Assembly: GCA_963777505.1 (NCBI GenBank)
Contig: CAVZQN010000004.1
Span: forward strand, 1,152,001 to 1,216,000
Source of the DNA: an uncultured bacterium
GTDB taxonomy: Bacteria; Acidobacteriota; HRBIN11; JAKEFK01
Direction of reading: 5' to 3'
DNA length: 64,000 bases
Within the stretch, counting starts at the first letter, position 1. The number at the start of each line of letters is the position of its first letter. The translations under genes were made by a program, and so were the position numbers. Below the pieces are notes generated by a model. The model saw only the letters and a program-made list of their open reading frames with translations. It made no database searches and was not told where the DNA came from. This document shows positions 17,949-28,536 of this stretch, piece after piece.

Positions 17949-20562
17949 TTATTTGGCGAGTTTTAGTGGTGAATCGGCTTCGAGTTGAATGTGTACGGGT
18001 TTAGCTTTCCAAATATCCTTTGCATATTCACCGATGGCGCGGTCACTTGAGAATTTTCCCGAGTTAGCAACGTTCAAAATGCTCTTGCGTGTCCATTCAT
18101 CGGTATTTAAGAATGCCTTTGAAACTTCCATCTGGCATTTTACATATGAATCGAAGTCAGCAAAGAGAAAGAAGTTATCTGTAGACATCAACGAATCAAT
18201 GATTTGTTTAAACAATTGTGGGTTCCATGGTGAAAAGAATCCGCTTGAGATCATGTCGATGACCTTCTTTAAATCCGCATTCCGTTCGTAATATTCACCC
18301 GGGTTATATCCGGTTTTCTTTAGACTCAACACTTCTTCGGCTTTCAATCCGAATATGAAGATGTTTTCATCACCAACTTCTTCTTTAATTTCAATGTTGG
18401 CTCCATCGAGTGTACCGATTGTCAGCGCGCCATTCAGGGCAAACTTCATATTTCCTGTGCCTGACGCTTCCATTCCAGCTGTAGAAATCTGCTCGGATAA
18501 ATCTCCAGCAGGCATAATTTTTTCAGCCATTGAAACACAATAGTTAGGCAAAAATACAACTTTCAAAAGATTGTTCAGTTCTGGATCTCGATTTATGACA
18601 TCCGCTACGGAGTTAATCAATTTAATGATGAGTTTCGCTATGAAATATCCGGGTGCCGCTTTGCCCGCGAAAATCACGGTACGAGGTACAAATGTTCCTT
18701 CCGGATTTGCTTTAATTTGATTGTAAAGATGGATGACATGCAGGCAATTCATCAATTGACGTTTATATTCGTGAATTCTTTTGACTTGAATATCAAACAT
18801 CGAATCCACATTCACTTTAATTCCGGTGAGGCTAGCTATATACGATGCCAATCTTTCTTTGTTATGCGCTTTGACGGTTTGCCATTCTTTTCGGAATTCA
18901 GAATCTTCGTTATACGATGCAAGTTTTTTTAGATCGTACAGATTTGTAACCCAGCTTTCACCAATACGGCTTGAAATCAAATCCGATAGTTTTTGATTGC
19001 AGAGACGAAGCCAGCGCCTTTGTGTAATTCCATTTGTCTTATTATTAAAACGCTCAGGATAAAGTTCGTTGAAATCCTTAAAGAGCTGACTCTTTAGCAA
19101 ACTTGTATGCAGTTCCGCAACGCCGTTCGTTGAATGACTTCCCACTACGGCCAAATAAGCCATTCTAACCATACGCTCCTGTCCTTCTTCAATTAAAGAC
19201 ATTCTGCGAAGGCGATCATTATCTCCAGGGAATTTCTGTGAAACAAGATTTAGAAAGCGCTGATTGATTTCATAAATAATTTGCATGTGACGCGGCAGAA
19301 CACTTTCCATCATCGATACTGGCCACTTCTCCAGCGCCTCAGGAAGGATCGTATGATTCGTATAACCAAATGTAGCTATAGTCAGCTTCCAGGCATCATC
19401 CCAGTGCATTCCATTCAAGTCGATGAAGATCCGCATTAATTCCGGAATTGCAATTGCTGGATGAGTATCATTGAGCTGGACGGCTACTTTTTCAGGAAAT
19501 TCTGAAAAATTTGAGTGCGTTTTACGATAACGCCTGATGACATCCTGCAGCGTTGCGGAAACAAAAAAGTATTCTTGCTTTAAGCGGAGTTCTTTGCCTT
19601 GAAGAACATTATCATTTGGATAAAGTACTTTTGATATTGTTTCTGTTTTTTGTTTGTCCTGGACAGCTTTAATGTAATCTCCATGATTGAAGTATTCGAA
19701 ATCAAATTCCCTTGTAGATTTTGCGGCCCACAAACGCAGATTATTTACTGTGTTGTTTGCGTATCCGGCAATAGGAATGTCGTAAGCCATAGCCATGACA
19801 TCCTGTGTGTCGCGTCCACTCTGCAACTTGTTTACCATCCGGAGTTGTTGATTGAATGACGTGCCCATAAAATTGGACCGAATATAAATATTCAGGTCTT
19901 TCTATTTCCCAAACATTTCCATATCTGAGCCAGTTGTCTGGAGTTTCGACTTGATAGCCATCACGTATGTGCTGATAAAAAATTCCATATTCGTAACGGA
20001 TCCCATAACCGTATCCTGGCAGCTGCAATGTGGCCATTGAATCCAGATAACATGCGGCCAATCTACCGAGACCTCCATTGCCAAGACCGGCATCCCATTC
20101 GATTTCCTGTAATTGGTCGAGATCGTATCCGAGTTCGCGTAATTCTTTTTCAGCTTGTTCATAAAGATGAAGGTTGATCAGATTATTTCCAAGCTGACGC
20201 CCCATCAAAAATTCCATCGAAAGATAGTAGACACGTTTTGCATCCACTTCGTAATAGGTTTGTTGAGTTCGGATCCAACGTTTAACAAGCTGATCTTTCG
20301 CGGAAAGAGAAAGACTTTTAAAGAGATCGAGATTTGTTGCAGAATATTGATCTTTTGCCATAGTGTAGAGCAAATGCTTTTTGAATGATTCCTGAATCGG
20401 CTTAATAGATGATTGGTTGATCCGCCGGGTTACAGCGGAAGGTTTATTCTTTTTTTGTACTTCACTGGTCTTAACAGCACTAGTTTTGGTTCTAGATGTT
20501 TTCTTTACCAGCCCCTTTCCGGATTTTACAGCCGTAGCGCGCTTCTCTTTTTTGGCTGGCAT
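17949..20562 (-). CDS. glgP: Glycogen phosphorylase, split by +1 frameshift near 19812
   Basis: ORF 19741-20562 has [11 protein letters not shown] and [13 protein letters not shown]; ORF 17949-19868 has [24 protein letters not shown]; joins at VAEW/DTQDV. Confidence 0.95.
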
Positions 20563-21657
20563 TTAGTCCCCAAAGGAGATTCCAAGAGAGCGAGCGGTCA
20601 TTATACTATCGCAATCCAATGGAACGCATTTCAATTTGGAGATGGCTTCATCAATAGGGATGGTTTTAATTCCTGGTGGATCGAGTACGACCATTACATT
20701 AATATTGCCTTCCAGAATGCAACGGATTGCGGCAGCGCCAAAACGTAAACCCAGTAGGCGGTCAAAAGTTGTTGGTCCACCTCCGCGTTGGAGATGACCC
20801 AGTACAATCGAGCGTGTTTCTTTGTCTATGTGTTTGGGAATCTCTTTCGCGACATATTCTGCAATTCCACCTAGCAAAACGTCGCGTCCTGCTTCCTTGG
20901 GGGATTTGGTTTTCATTTCGCCGCCAGCAGGGCAGGCCCCTTCCGCGCACACTACAATAGAAAAATGACGGCCAGCGCGTTCTCTCTCCATAATTTTTTC
21001 GCAGATTTTTTCGATCTTAAATGGAATCTCAGGAATCAGGATCACATCTGCAGAACCTGATATTCCAGCATTTAATGCGATCCATCCCGCGTAACGGCCC
21101 ATCACTTCAACAACCATCACCCGTTCATGAGATTCAGCAGTTGAATGGAGTTTGTCGATTGCATCTGTTGCAGTGGATACCGCCGTATCAAATCCAAATG
21201 TGATGATTGTTCCGGGGAGATCATTATCAATGGTTTTAGGAACGCCTACGATGGGGATTCCTTTGTCCATAAATTTTTTTGCTATACGCATCGATCCATC
21301 GCCGCCGATGCAAATCAAAACGTCGAGCTTCAAACGGTGAAAATTTTCAACGACACGATCGGAAATATCAATGATTTCAATGCCCCCTTCTTTTTGTACG
21401 GGGAACTCAAAAGGATTACCTTTGTTTGCCGTGCCAAGGATCGTGCCTCCGAGATGTGTAATTCCACGAACACTATCCCGGGTTAATGGAATGACAGTGC
21501 CTTCCACAAGACTGCGGAAACCATGCGATATTCCATAAACCTCCCACCCCGCGTTAATTGCGGCAAGAGTTGTCGCGCGGATTACTGCATTGAGTCCGGG
21601 CGCATCACCGCCTCCGGTATTAATCGCAATTTTCTTTACTTTGCTTGGATCAAACAT
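20563..21657 (-). CDS. pfkA: 6-phosphofructokinase (group III type)
   Basis: TGGGDAPGLN, GGDGS, PKTIDND, EVMGR, LGHLQRGG. Confidence 0.95.
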   Translation of the reverse strand: MFDPSKVKKIAINTGGGDAPGLNAVIRATTLAAINAGWEVYGISHGFRSLVEGTVIPLTRDSVRGITHLGGTILGTANKGNPFEFPVQKEGGIEIIDISDRVVENFHRLKLDVLICIGGDGSMRIAKKFMDKGIPIVGVPKTIDNDLPGTIITFGFDTAVSTATDAIDKLHSTAESHERVMVVEVMGRYAGWIALNAGISGSADVILIPEIPFKIEKICEKIMERERAGRHFSIVVCAEGACPAGGEMKTKSPKEAGRDVLLGGIAEYVAKEIPKHIDKETRSIVLGHLQRGGGPTTFDRLLGLRFGAAAIRCILEGNINVMVVLDPPGIKTIPIDEAISKLKCVPLDCDSIMTARSLGISFGD

Positions 21658-21697
21658 TGGTGGGTTTGATTATACTCTGCGCCTTTGCGGTTAAAAA

Positions 21698-21997
21698 CTA
21701 CCCACAACAAGGACAAAGGCTTCGAAGTGTATTGAAAGAATAAATTCCTGTTTCGTGATGGTCGGAAAAAGCAAAGTGAAGTGCATAGTTTCCAACGATG
21801 CTAACTTTTGATGCCACAAGATCAGAAGGAATCGATTCTGGATCGAGGGTGCGAACACCTGTCCATTCATTGCGGCATCCTGCGCAAGGGCAATTCTGTC
21901 GTAAATAACGGAATGTGTAATTGCTAATATGCCCGTCTTTCCATGTAATTTGGAATTGATCATTGCCGATCTTTTTCAATTGCGACGGTTCGTTCAT
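21698..21997 (-). CDS. DUF971 / GBBH-N-like protein
   Basis: WKDGH, LRQNCPCAGC, VGNYA, FSDHHETGIYSF. Confidence 0.9.
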   Translation of the reverse strand: MNEPSQLKKIGNDQFQITWKDGHISNYTFRYLRQNCPCAGCRNEWTGVRTLDPESIPSDLVASKVSIVGNYALHFAFSDHHETGIYSFNTLRSLCPCCG

Positions 21998-22019
21998 CTA
22001 TACCGCTAAGACGCAGAGT

Positions 22020-23123
22020 TTATTCTTCGATAATTTCAAGAGGGGTGTTGTTGTAGTTGGCGATGCTGACCTGAGCTGCGAGTTTCTTGGTGATAGACTC
22101 AAATATTTTTGAAGTATTTGATTCAGGATCAGAGAGCACAAGAGGCTGTCCTATATCAGCATGTTCACGAAGTTTCCTATCCAGCGGAAGTTCACCAAGA
22201 AATGGAATATTCAGTTTTACAGCCGCTTCAGCAACCATTCCATGACCGAAAATGTAGTCCTGTTTCCCGCAATGTGGACACGTATAGAAACTCATATTCT
22301 CAATAATTCCAAGGATTGGAACTTTTGTCTCAACAAACATCCGGTAGGTTTTCATTGAGATTGTTAGACCAACATCCTGTGGAGTTGAAACAAGAACAGC
22401 ACCTGTAACTGATACTGATTGAACAAGCGTCAAATGAACATCACCCGTTCCTGGAGGCAAATCTACAAACAGGTAATCGAGTTCACCCCAATCCACTCCA
22501 AGTAAAGTCTGTTGGAGAGCTTTATGCGCCATTGGGCCGCGCCAAATCAGGGGTTTGTCACCAGGCGCCATCAGCCCCATAGACATGAATTTCATTCCAT
22601 GAGCCGGGACAGGCATCAGCAAATTTCCGCTCGCTTCAATGGAGCTACCGCTTTTGCCTAGCATGATCGGGACTGTAGGGCCATAAATATCCGCATCAAG
22701 AAGACCAACAGATGCGCCCATTTTTGCCATCGATGCGGCTAGGTTCACACTAACGGTAGACTTTCCGACTCCACCTTTACCGCTGCAGATCGCGATAATA
22801 TTTTTTACACCGGCAATCGCATTTGCATTTAATTTTGGCTGAGGCTTCACTTCAGCCTGCATATTCACATTCACATTCCTGACTCCCGCAAGGGATCCAA
22901 CAAAATTGATGGCATCATCCCTCATTTGATCCTTCGCAGGGCAAGCGGGCGTAGTCAGAACAAAGTCAAAACTGACATCTCCACCCTGAATTGAAATATT
23001 TTTGATAAAGCCGAGTGTTACGACATCTCTGCCCAGATCAGGGTCCTTTATTTTCCTGAGTTCTTTTAAGACATCAGCTTCAGTAATCGTAGAGATGTCC
23101 TCTTTCTTTGTAAATAATCCCAT
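22020..23123 (-). CDS. mrp: Mrp/ApbC Fe-S cluster carrier ATPase with N-terminal DUF59
   Basis: DPDLGRDVVTLG, LTTPACP, SGKGGVGKST, DLPPGTGD, ENMS..CPHC. Confidence 0.95.
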   Translation of the reverse strand: MGLFTKKEDISTITEADVLKELRKIKDPDLGRDVVTLGFIKNISIQGGDVSFDFVLTTPACPAKDQMRDDAINFVGSLAGVRNVNVNMQAEVKPQPKLNANAIAGVKNIIAICSGKGGVGKSTVSVNLAASMAKMGASVGLLDADIYGPTVPIMLGKSGSSIEASGNLLMPVPAHGMKFMSMGLMAPGDKPLIWRGPMAHKALQQTLLGVDWGELDYLFVDLPPGTGDVHLTLVQSVSVTGAVLVSTPQDVGLTISMKTYRMFVETKVPILGIIENMSFYTCPHCGKQDYIFGHGMVAEAAVKLNIPFLGELPLDRKLREHADIGQPLVLSDPESNTSKIFESITKKLAAQVSIANYNNTPLEIIEE

Positions 23124-23150
23124 AGCTTTAATTATAAGGTGTTGAACATG

Positions 23151-23660
23151 TTATTTGCGATGCCGGATCTTGTTTAGAATGAATGTCGCAAAATACTCAC
23201 CATATTTTTTTTGCAATTCTTTACGTTTCCAATCCCTTCCTGAGATAGTTTTGCGGCAATTTGGCTTATTGCAGCCACATGTCATCGTAAAATCATCGTC
23301 GTCGATCATTGCATAATCCAGCGTTAATTCTTCACCTGGTTTAATGTCATGCATTGCAACGTATGTGATTTGACCTTTCACGCCTACATTTGGCCCGCAT
23401 GAATGATTGATAAACATCATTACTGTGTCGTGTTCCTCTTTTGTGAGTGGAGCAAGAAAAAAGTCATCATCAATTTGAATGTATGAATCCCCAACAATTT
23501 TTCGTTTCTTCTTAAGTTGATCACGCGAAAGGATATGACCGCCTTTGATTGCAACAATTTCATTTTTTCGGATCGGTTTGGCTGCAAAAAGCCCGCGGCC
23601 GTGAATTCCGCTTTTTTTCCCCTTACGTGCTTTGGGATTGATATAACTTGAAACATTCAT
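23151..23660 (-). CDS. SET-domain lysine methyltransferase with post-SET
   Basis: SGIHGRGLFA, FINHSCGPN, EELTLDY, CGCNKPNCR. Confidence 0.9.
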   Translation of the reverse strand: MNVSSYINPKARKGKKSGIHGRGLFAAKPIRKNEIVAIKGGHILSRDQLKKKRKIVGDSYIQIDDDFFLAPLTKEEHDTVMMFINHSCGPNVGVKGQITYVAMHDIKPGEELTLDYAMIDDDDFTMTCGCNKPNCRKTISGRDWKRKELQKKYGEYFATFILNKIRHRK

Positions 23661-23706
23661 GCGCGCGCAATCTTATCATATCCCGCATTCCGAACATCGC
23701 GCATCG

Positions 23707-26046
23707 CTATCGAACATCAATTAAGCCGAAACGCCCGGTAGCATCTTTTACTTCGAATGCAACAGTTCCATCGGGGTTTGTACCAGCCCCTTTGTTCAAG
23801 GTGAATAATTCCACACCGTCTATTGAGAACATAAAGGTTGTTCCGTCAAAATGCACATTCACTTTGTACGTAGTGTTTGGAAGGATAGTCCTCTTGACAT
23901 TCTTTTTTGCAACAATCGCGCGATCTGAGCGTTGTTTTAATACCCACCTGTCGCTTTCTTCCTTCATGAGGATTTCAACCCTAGTATTTTTATCGACGTA
24001 CCAGCCGTATACCAAAATTTTATTTCGAAGACCGCCACTGGTTTGTACATCCACTTCAATCGTACAAGTACTGCAGCCTGTAAAAACAGGAGTTGCAATC
24101 GCTGTTGCTTTTTTATTTGTAGTGACTTGCAAAAAGCCGTTTTGTTCAAGCCACGAGCCTTTTGGATAAGTCCAATTACTTGCAAGCACGCCATCTTCAA
24201 AATCGTCGCATAGCAAACAACTGCCAGGCTGTGAATCGATTGGCAATTCTATAGACGTCTCGTGTATGAGTCCGCTGCTATCCGTTACGGTTAACGTAAT
24301 GTGATAGGAATGTGTACCTGTGCCGTAATCTTCCGCAACAAAGGAACCACCTGAGCCTGTTTGTTCAAGAAAGGTATGAAAATGAGTGTTGTGGTGTAGC
24401 AGGACAGTCCATTTAAGTGCACTCGGTGGCAATGCGCCGTCATCCGGATCTGTGCCTGAACCTGAGAAATTAATAACGTCACCTGGATCAACATGTGTCC
24501 CATCCAACGGTGTATTAATTGTGGCAGTCGGAGGGAGACTCCCGATTGTAATGGAAACAAAATCTTGAGAAAAATCTCCATCTTCATTTGTAACAGTTAA
24601 TGATGCGTTGAAAGTTTGGACGGAACCAGAAGTATATGTGTGCATTGGATTCGGTTGAGTAGAAGTATTACCATCATCAAAATCCCAGAAGTAGGTAAGG
24701 TCTTGTCCATTTGGATCAAATGAGCCGGCGCTGGAAAAAGAAACTTCAAGTGGAGAGTAACCGGATGTAGGATCTGCTGCAGCGGTTGCATGAGGTCCGT
24801 TAAACCGGATGCGCCGCAATTCACCATCGTTTAATGCGACATAATAAAGCAATCCATTAGGTCCTTGAGTAAAGTGGACAGGTCCTTCCGCATCGGTCGC
24901 AAAATCTCGCACCTCAATCAGATTATGATCCTCATCAAAAATGGCTCTACGGATCCAGGAATTCACATAGTCCGCAAAAAAATAATTTTCTTGATATTGA
25001 GAGGGATATTCGTCGTCTGTATAAAAAACTCCACCGGTTATTGAAAAACCGTCTCCGCTTGGATGACTGTAAAGATAAATCGGAAATGTGACGTCGTTAG
25101 GATCCATCTGCTGGCATTGAACGAAATCTTCCTGGTAGAACTCTTGTGGATCATTACCTTCGAAACAAGGCCACCCAAAATTTACGCCACGGCCAAGGTT
25201 CAATTCTTCCCAGGTATCCCAACCAACATCTCCAATCACCGGTTCACCTAAATGCGGATCCAATCCAAAGCGGAATGGATTTCTCAACCCGTATGACCAG
25301 ACTTTTGACTGAATCGAATTGGTACCATCATAAAATGGGTTATCAATCGGAGCCGTTCCATCAGGATTAATCCGCAATATCTTTCCCGAGTAGCTGTTTA
25401 AATCCTGGCTCCGCAATGCAAGGGGATCTGCAATAGAGAAGGAAGCCCCATCACCATTTCCTACGAAAAGTCTTCCATCCGGCGCAAAAAGAAGCGTACC
25501 AATTGAATGAGAAGTACCGTCGGCTGGAATGCAATCCGATCCGGCCGGATGACTATTACATGGAGGTGTTCCAATACTTCCCAGAATGACAACTTCACTT
25601 CCTGGCAACATTTCATCCGGATTATTGGGATCTGCCGTTACCCGGGTCAGCCTGGAGGTGCGAGGAGCAACACTGTTGTTGTTTCCAGCATTTTCGTAAG
25701 TGTAAAGGAGGTAAACAAAACCATTTGTTTCGTGGTTTGGATCCAAAGCAAGACCTAACATGCCCCGATCACCCGCGATATTTACCTGAGAAGAAATATT
25801 GAGAAAAGGAGTCGGCTTTAGATTGCCATTCTTATAAATTCGAACGATTCCTGTGCGCTGCCACGCAAAAATACGCCCATCGGAAGCGAAAACAGCTCCC
25901 ACCATAGTAAATGGCGGAAGCGAAAAAACGGTCTCAGATGTGAATCCAGGATCGTCAAAGGTTATAGCTTCCAATAACGGGGTCGTTATTAGACAGAATA
26001 AAAGACAAATCACCAAAAGGAGAGTACTTTTCATTCGTAAAAACAT
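23707..26046 (-). CDS. Secreted PQQ-dependent sugar dehydrogenase (GSDH) family protein with PKD/Ig and C-terminal beta-sandwich domains
   Basis: GDRGMLGLALDP, GKILRINPDG, YGLRNPFR, DVGWDTWEE, NFGWP; PKD YFWDFDDG. Confidence 0.85.
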   Translation of the reverse strand: MFLRMKSTLLLVICLLFCLITTPLLEAITFDDPGFTSETVFSLPPFTMVGAVFASDGRIFAWQRTGIVRIYKNGNLKPTPFLNISSQVNIAGDRGMLGLALDPNHETNGFVYLLYTYENAGNNNSVAPRTSRLTRVTADPNNPDEMLPGSEVVILGSIGTPPCNSHPAGSDCIPADGTSHSIGTLLFAPDGRLFVGNGDGASFSIADPLALRSQDLNSYSGKILRINPDGTAPIDNPFYDGTNSIQSKVWSYGLRNPFRFGLDPHLGEPVIGDVGWDTWEELNLGRGVNFGWPCFEGNDPQEFYQEDFVQCQQMDPNDVTFPIYLYSHPSGDGFSITGGVFYTDDEYPSQYQENYFFADYVNSWIRRAIFDEDHNLIEVRDFATDAEGPVHFTQGPNGLLYYVALNDGELRRIRFNGPHATAAADPTSGYSPLEVSFSSAGSFDPNGQDLTYFWDFDDGNTSTQPNPMHTYTSGSVQTFNASLTVTNEDGDFSQDFVSITIGSLPPTATINTPLDGTHVDPGDVINFSGSGTDPDDGALPPSALKWTVLLHHNTHFHTFLEQTGSGGSFVAEDYGTGTHSYHITLTVTDSSGLIHETSIELPIDSQPGSCLLCDDFEDGVLASNWTYPKGSWLEQNGFLQVTTNKKATAIATPVFTGCSTCTIEVDVQTSGGLRNKILVYGWYVDKNTRVEILMKEESDRWVLKQRSDRAIVAKKNVKRTILPNTTYKVNVHFDGTTFMFSIDGVELFTLNKGAGTNPDGTVAFEVKDATGRFGLIDVR

Positions 26047-26213
26047 CCTCGAAAGATATATACTAGCTATATCAGATTCAATTACTCCGCTATTATAATA
26101 GTCTCAATGGACGAAGACACTACGAGGGGCACTACATTCAGATAGGGTTTTTGATTCGGGTATGATAGGCCCGCTCTGAAATCCTTCGATCGATGCATGG
26201 GATACGTCTCACT

Positions 26214-26381
26214 ATGTCAAGTGAAGAACAACAAGAGAATGTCACCATAGATCGTAATTCGGAACCTTCACCTGATACTGTAAATAAAGTTGAAAGATCG
26301 GATTGGGAAAAAATCGATCTTGATGATGATGAGGATGAAGAGAATAACAAAAGATCCAAGAAGACACCTTTCTTCTATTAG
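26214..26381 (+). CDS. Small acidic hypothetical protein
   Basis: 55-aa ORF filling the intergenic space, acidic DDDEDEE run, ends KKTPFFY; no recognised family. Confidence 0.35.
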   Translation: MSSEEQQENVTIDRNSEPSPDTVNKVERSDWEKIDLDDDEDEENNKRSKKTPFFY

Positions 26382-26503
26382 ATCACGCCGATAATACCTA
26401 CCTTTTTTCATTATAACTGCCTACAATTTATTGACCGCATTCATGATGAGCGAACGCGGACGTAAATTAATATTTTTTTAAATCGTCGTAGGAGGTTTTT
26501 CGA

Positions 26504-27826
26504 ATGGCAGATGCCAAGCAGGAAGTTACAGATGTGGTCGTAATTGGTGGCGGTCCGGCCGGCTCGACAGTATCGACGCTGTTAGCTCAACAAGGATATC
26601 GTGTCGAACTCTTCGAACGTGAAAAATTTCCACGTTTCCACATTGGAGAATCACTGATTCCTGAAACATATTGGGTGCTTAAACGTTTGAACATGCTGCA
26701 GAAAATGCAGGAAAGTCATTTTGTAAAAAAATATAGTGTTCAATTTGTCAATGCTAGCGGTAAGCTCTCCGCGCCATTTTATTTCTGGGACAACAAACCG
26801 CATGAATGTTCTCAAACCTGGCAGGTTGTTCGCAGTGAATTCGATCAAATGATGTTGAACCATGCCAAAGAAAATGGTGTCAATGTTCATGAGGGCGTTC
26901 GCGTAATGGAAGTTTTATTTGATAATGATCGCGCTGTAGGAGTAACGATCAAAAATGAAGATGGATCCTTGCAGGATGTAAAAGCCAGAGTTGTTGTTGA
27001 TGCAAGTGGTCAAAATGGACTCTTAATGAACAGGCTTAATCTTCGTGTTTGGGATCCTATTCTCAATAAAGGTGCGATATGGACTTATTGGGAAGGAGCG
27101 TATCGTGACACTGGCCGGGATGAAGGGGCGACAATGGTGTTGCAAACGACCTCAAAAAAGGGATGGTTCTGGTATATTCCTCAACACGATAATATTGTCA
27201 GCGTCGGTGTTGTTGCGCCATTTGATTACTTGTTTAAAGGCCGCACGAATTATGCTCAAACCTACGAAGAAGAAGTCGAGCGTTGTCCGGCTGTGAAGCA
27301 GCGTATATCCAGCGGGAAGCGCGTTGCAGGTTATTTTGCGACAAAAGATTATTCCTATCGATCGAAACAAGTTGCAGGGAATGGTTGGGTGTTGATCGGA
27401 GACGCGGTTGGATTCTTAGATCCATTGTATTCATCCGGCGTTCTGTTGGCCTTGAAGTCGGGTGAACTTGCGGCGGATGCAATTGTAGAAGGATTTACAA
27501 AGGAAGATACGTCTGGGGCTCAGCTTGGCAAATGGGGCCCCATGTTTATGGAAGGTGTGAATCGAATGCGCCGGCTCGTTTGTGAATACTATGACGGTTT
27601 TAGCTTTGGTGCTTTTGTTCGGAAATTCCCGCATTTGCAAGGAACAATCACTGACCTATTGATCGGGGATCTGTTCAATGACCGCGTCGATAAAGTATGG
27701 GAGCCGATGGAATCACTTTATCCGCAGAATAAAACCCCAATTCCATCGTGGAACGCTGGCAAAGATGCTGATAAAAGTCCCGAAAAAGGGAATGAGCTGA
27801 TTCTTCCAGAGGGCCGACGACCTTAA
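26504..27826 (+). CDS. Flavin-dependent halogenase-family oxidoreductase
   Basis: GGGPAG, FPRFHIGESL, WFWYIP (WxWxIP), GDAVGFLDPLYSSGV; GGAGG SD. Confidence 0.85.
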   Translation: MADAKQEVTDVVVIGGGPAGSTVSTLLAQQGYRVELFEREKFPRFHIGESLIPETYWVLKRLNMLQKMQESHFVKKYSVQFVNASGKLSAPFYFWDNKPHECSQTWQVVRSEFDQMMLNHAKENGVNVHEGVRVMEVLFDNDRAVGVTIKNEDGSLQDVKARVVVDASGQNGLLMNRLNLRVWDPILNKGAIWTYWEGAYRDTGRDEGATMVLQTTSKKGWFWYIPQHDNIVSVGVVAPFDYLFKGRTNYAQTYEEEVERCPAVKQRISSGKRVAGYFATKDYSYRSKQVAGNGWVLIGDAVGFLDPLYSSGVLLALKSGELAADAIVEGFTKEDTSGAQLGKWGPMFMEGVNRMRRLVCEYYDGFSFGAFVRKFPHLQGTITDLLIGDLFNDRVDKVWEPMESLYPQNKTPIPSWNAGKDADKSPEKGNELILPEGRRP

Positions 27827-27845
27827 CAGCCGTGCAATCCGTTAT

Positions 27846-28397
27846 TTATTTTGCTGCGGTTGAAGTAAAGTGTTGGGCCATCCCGGACTGAAAATTGTAA
27901 ACAAACTTTTTGAATTCCGGGTGTAGGAAGCTTGCACCGAACTTAAATTTTTTCATCTCATCGTAAGCCTGATCTGCACTCCATCCATGCTGTGTCATTC
28001 GGTAGACTGCAGTCATCACTCCCGTGCGATGACGTCCGCCAACACAATGTACATAAACGGGCTGATTGACTGGATCTAGAATGATTTCCAAAAACTCAGC
28101 AAGATTTGCGGCAGTAGGAGGCTCATGTGTAGTCATTGGAATTTGAAAATATTTCATCCCTGTCTTTTCAACCATTCCCTTTTCATTCACATCTGCATCA
28201 TGACTGGTCAGGTTGAGTACAGCTTTCACTCCAAAATCAGCAAGGTCTGAATAGTCGTTTTCGAACGGTTGAGCGCCTCGATAGTAGCTGTCGCTAACCC
28301 GGCCGAAATTTTCGACTTTAATGTTTGATTCAGCAAATACAGGCAGACTAAACGCGATTAAGATCAACATTGAAAGGGGATATTTGTGGTTTTTCAT
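27846..28397 (-). CDS. Secreted PTP/dual-specificity phosphatase
   Basis: Signal peptide; YRGAQP; HCVGGRHRTG (CX5R). Confidence 0.88.
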   Translation of the reverse strand: MKNHKYPLSMLILIAFSLPVFAESNIKVENFGRVSDSYYRGAQPFENDYSDLADFGVKAVLNLTSHDADVNEKGMVEKTGMKYFQIPMTTHEPPTAANLAEFLEIILDPVNQPVYVHCVGGRHRTGVMTAVYRMTQHGWSADQAYDEMKKFKFGASFLHPEFKKFVYNFQSGMAQHFTSTAAK

Positions 28398-28536
28398 GTC
28401 AGTTCATCCAATAACAATAAGACTCAACTGAAATGCATTTGGTTGAGTCCCCAGTGGCTCCAGCAGAGTCTTATATCTGACCATTGATGAACATTGATGG
28501 TAGGGGAACCGTATCCTTATATCAAAGGTGAGGTGA

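Noticed and set aside
23648-24169. Long antisense ORFs (also 49669-50238, 53272-53757, 41375-41863, 8535-8930)
   Set aside because: Shadows of well-supported genes on the opposite strand, with no recognisable motifs.
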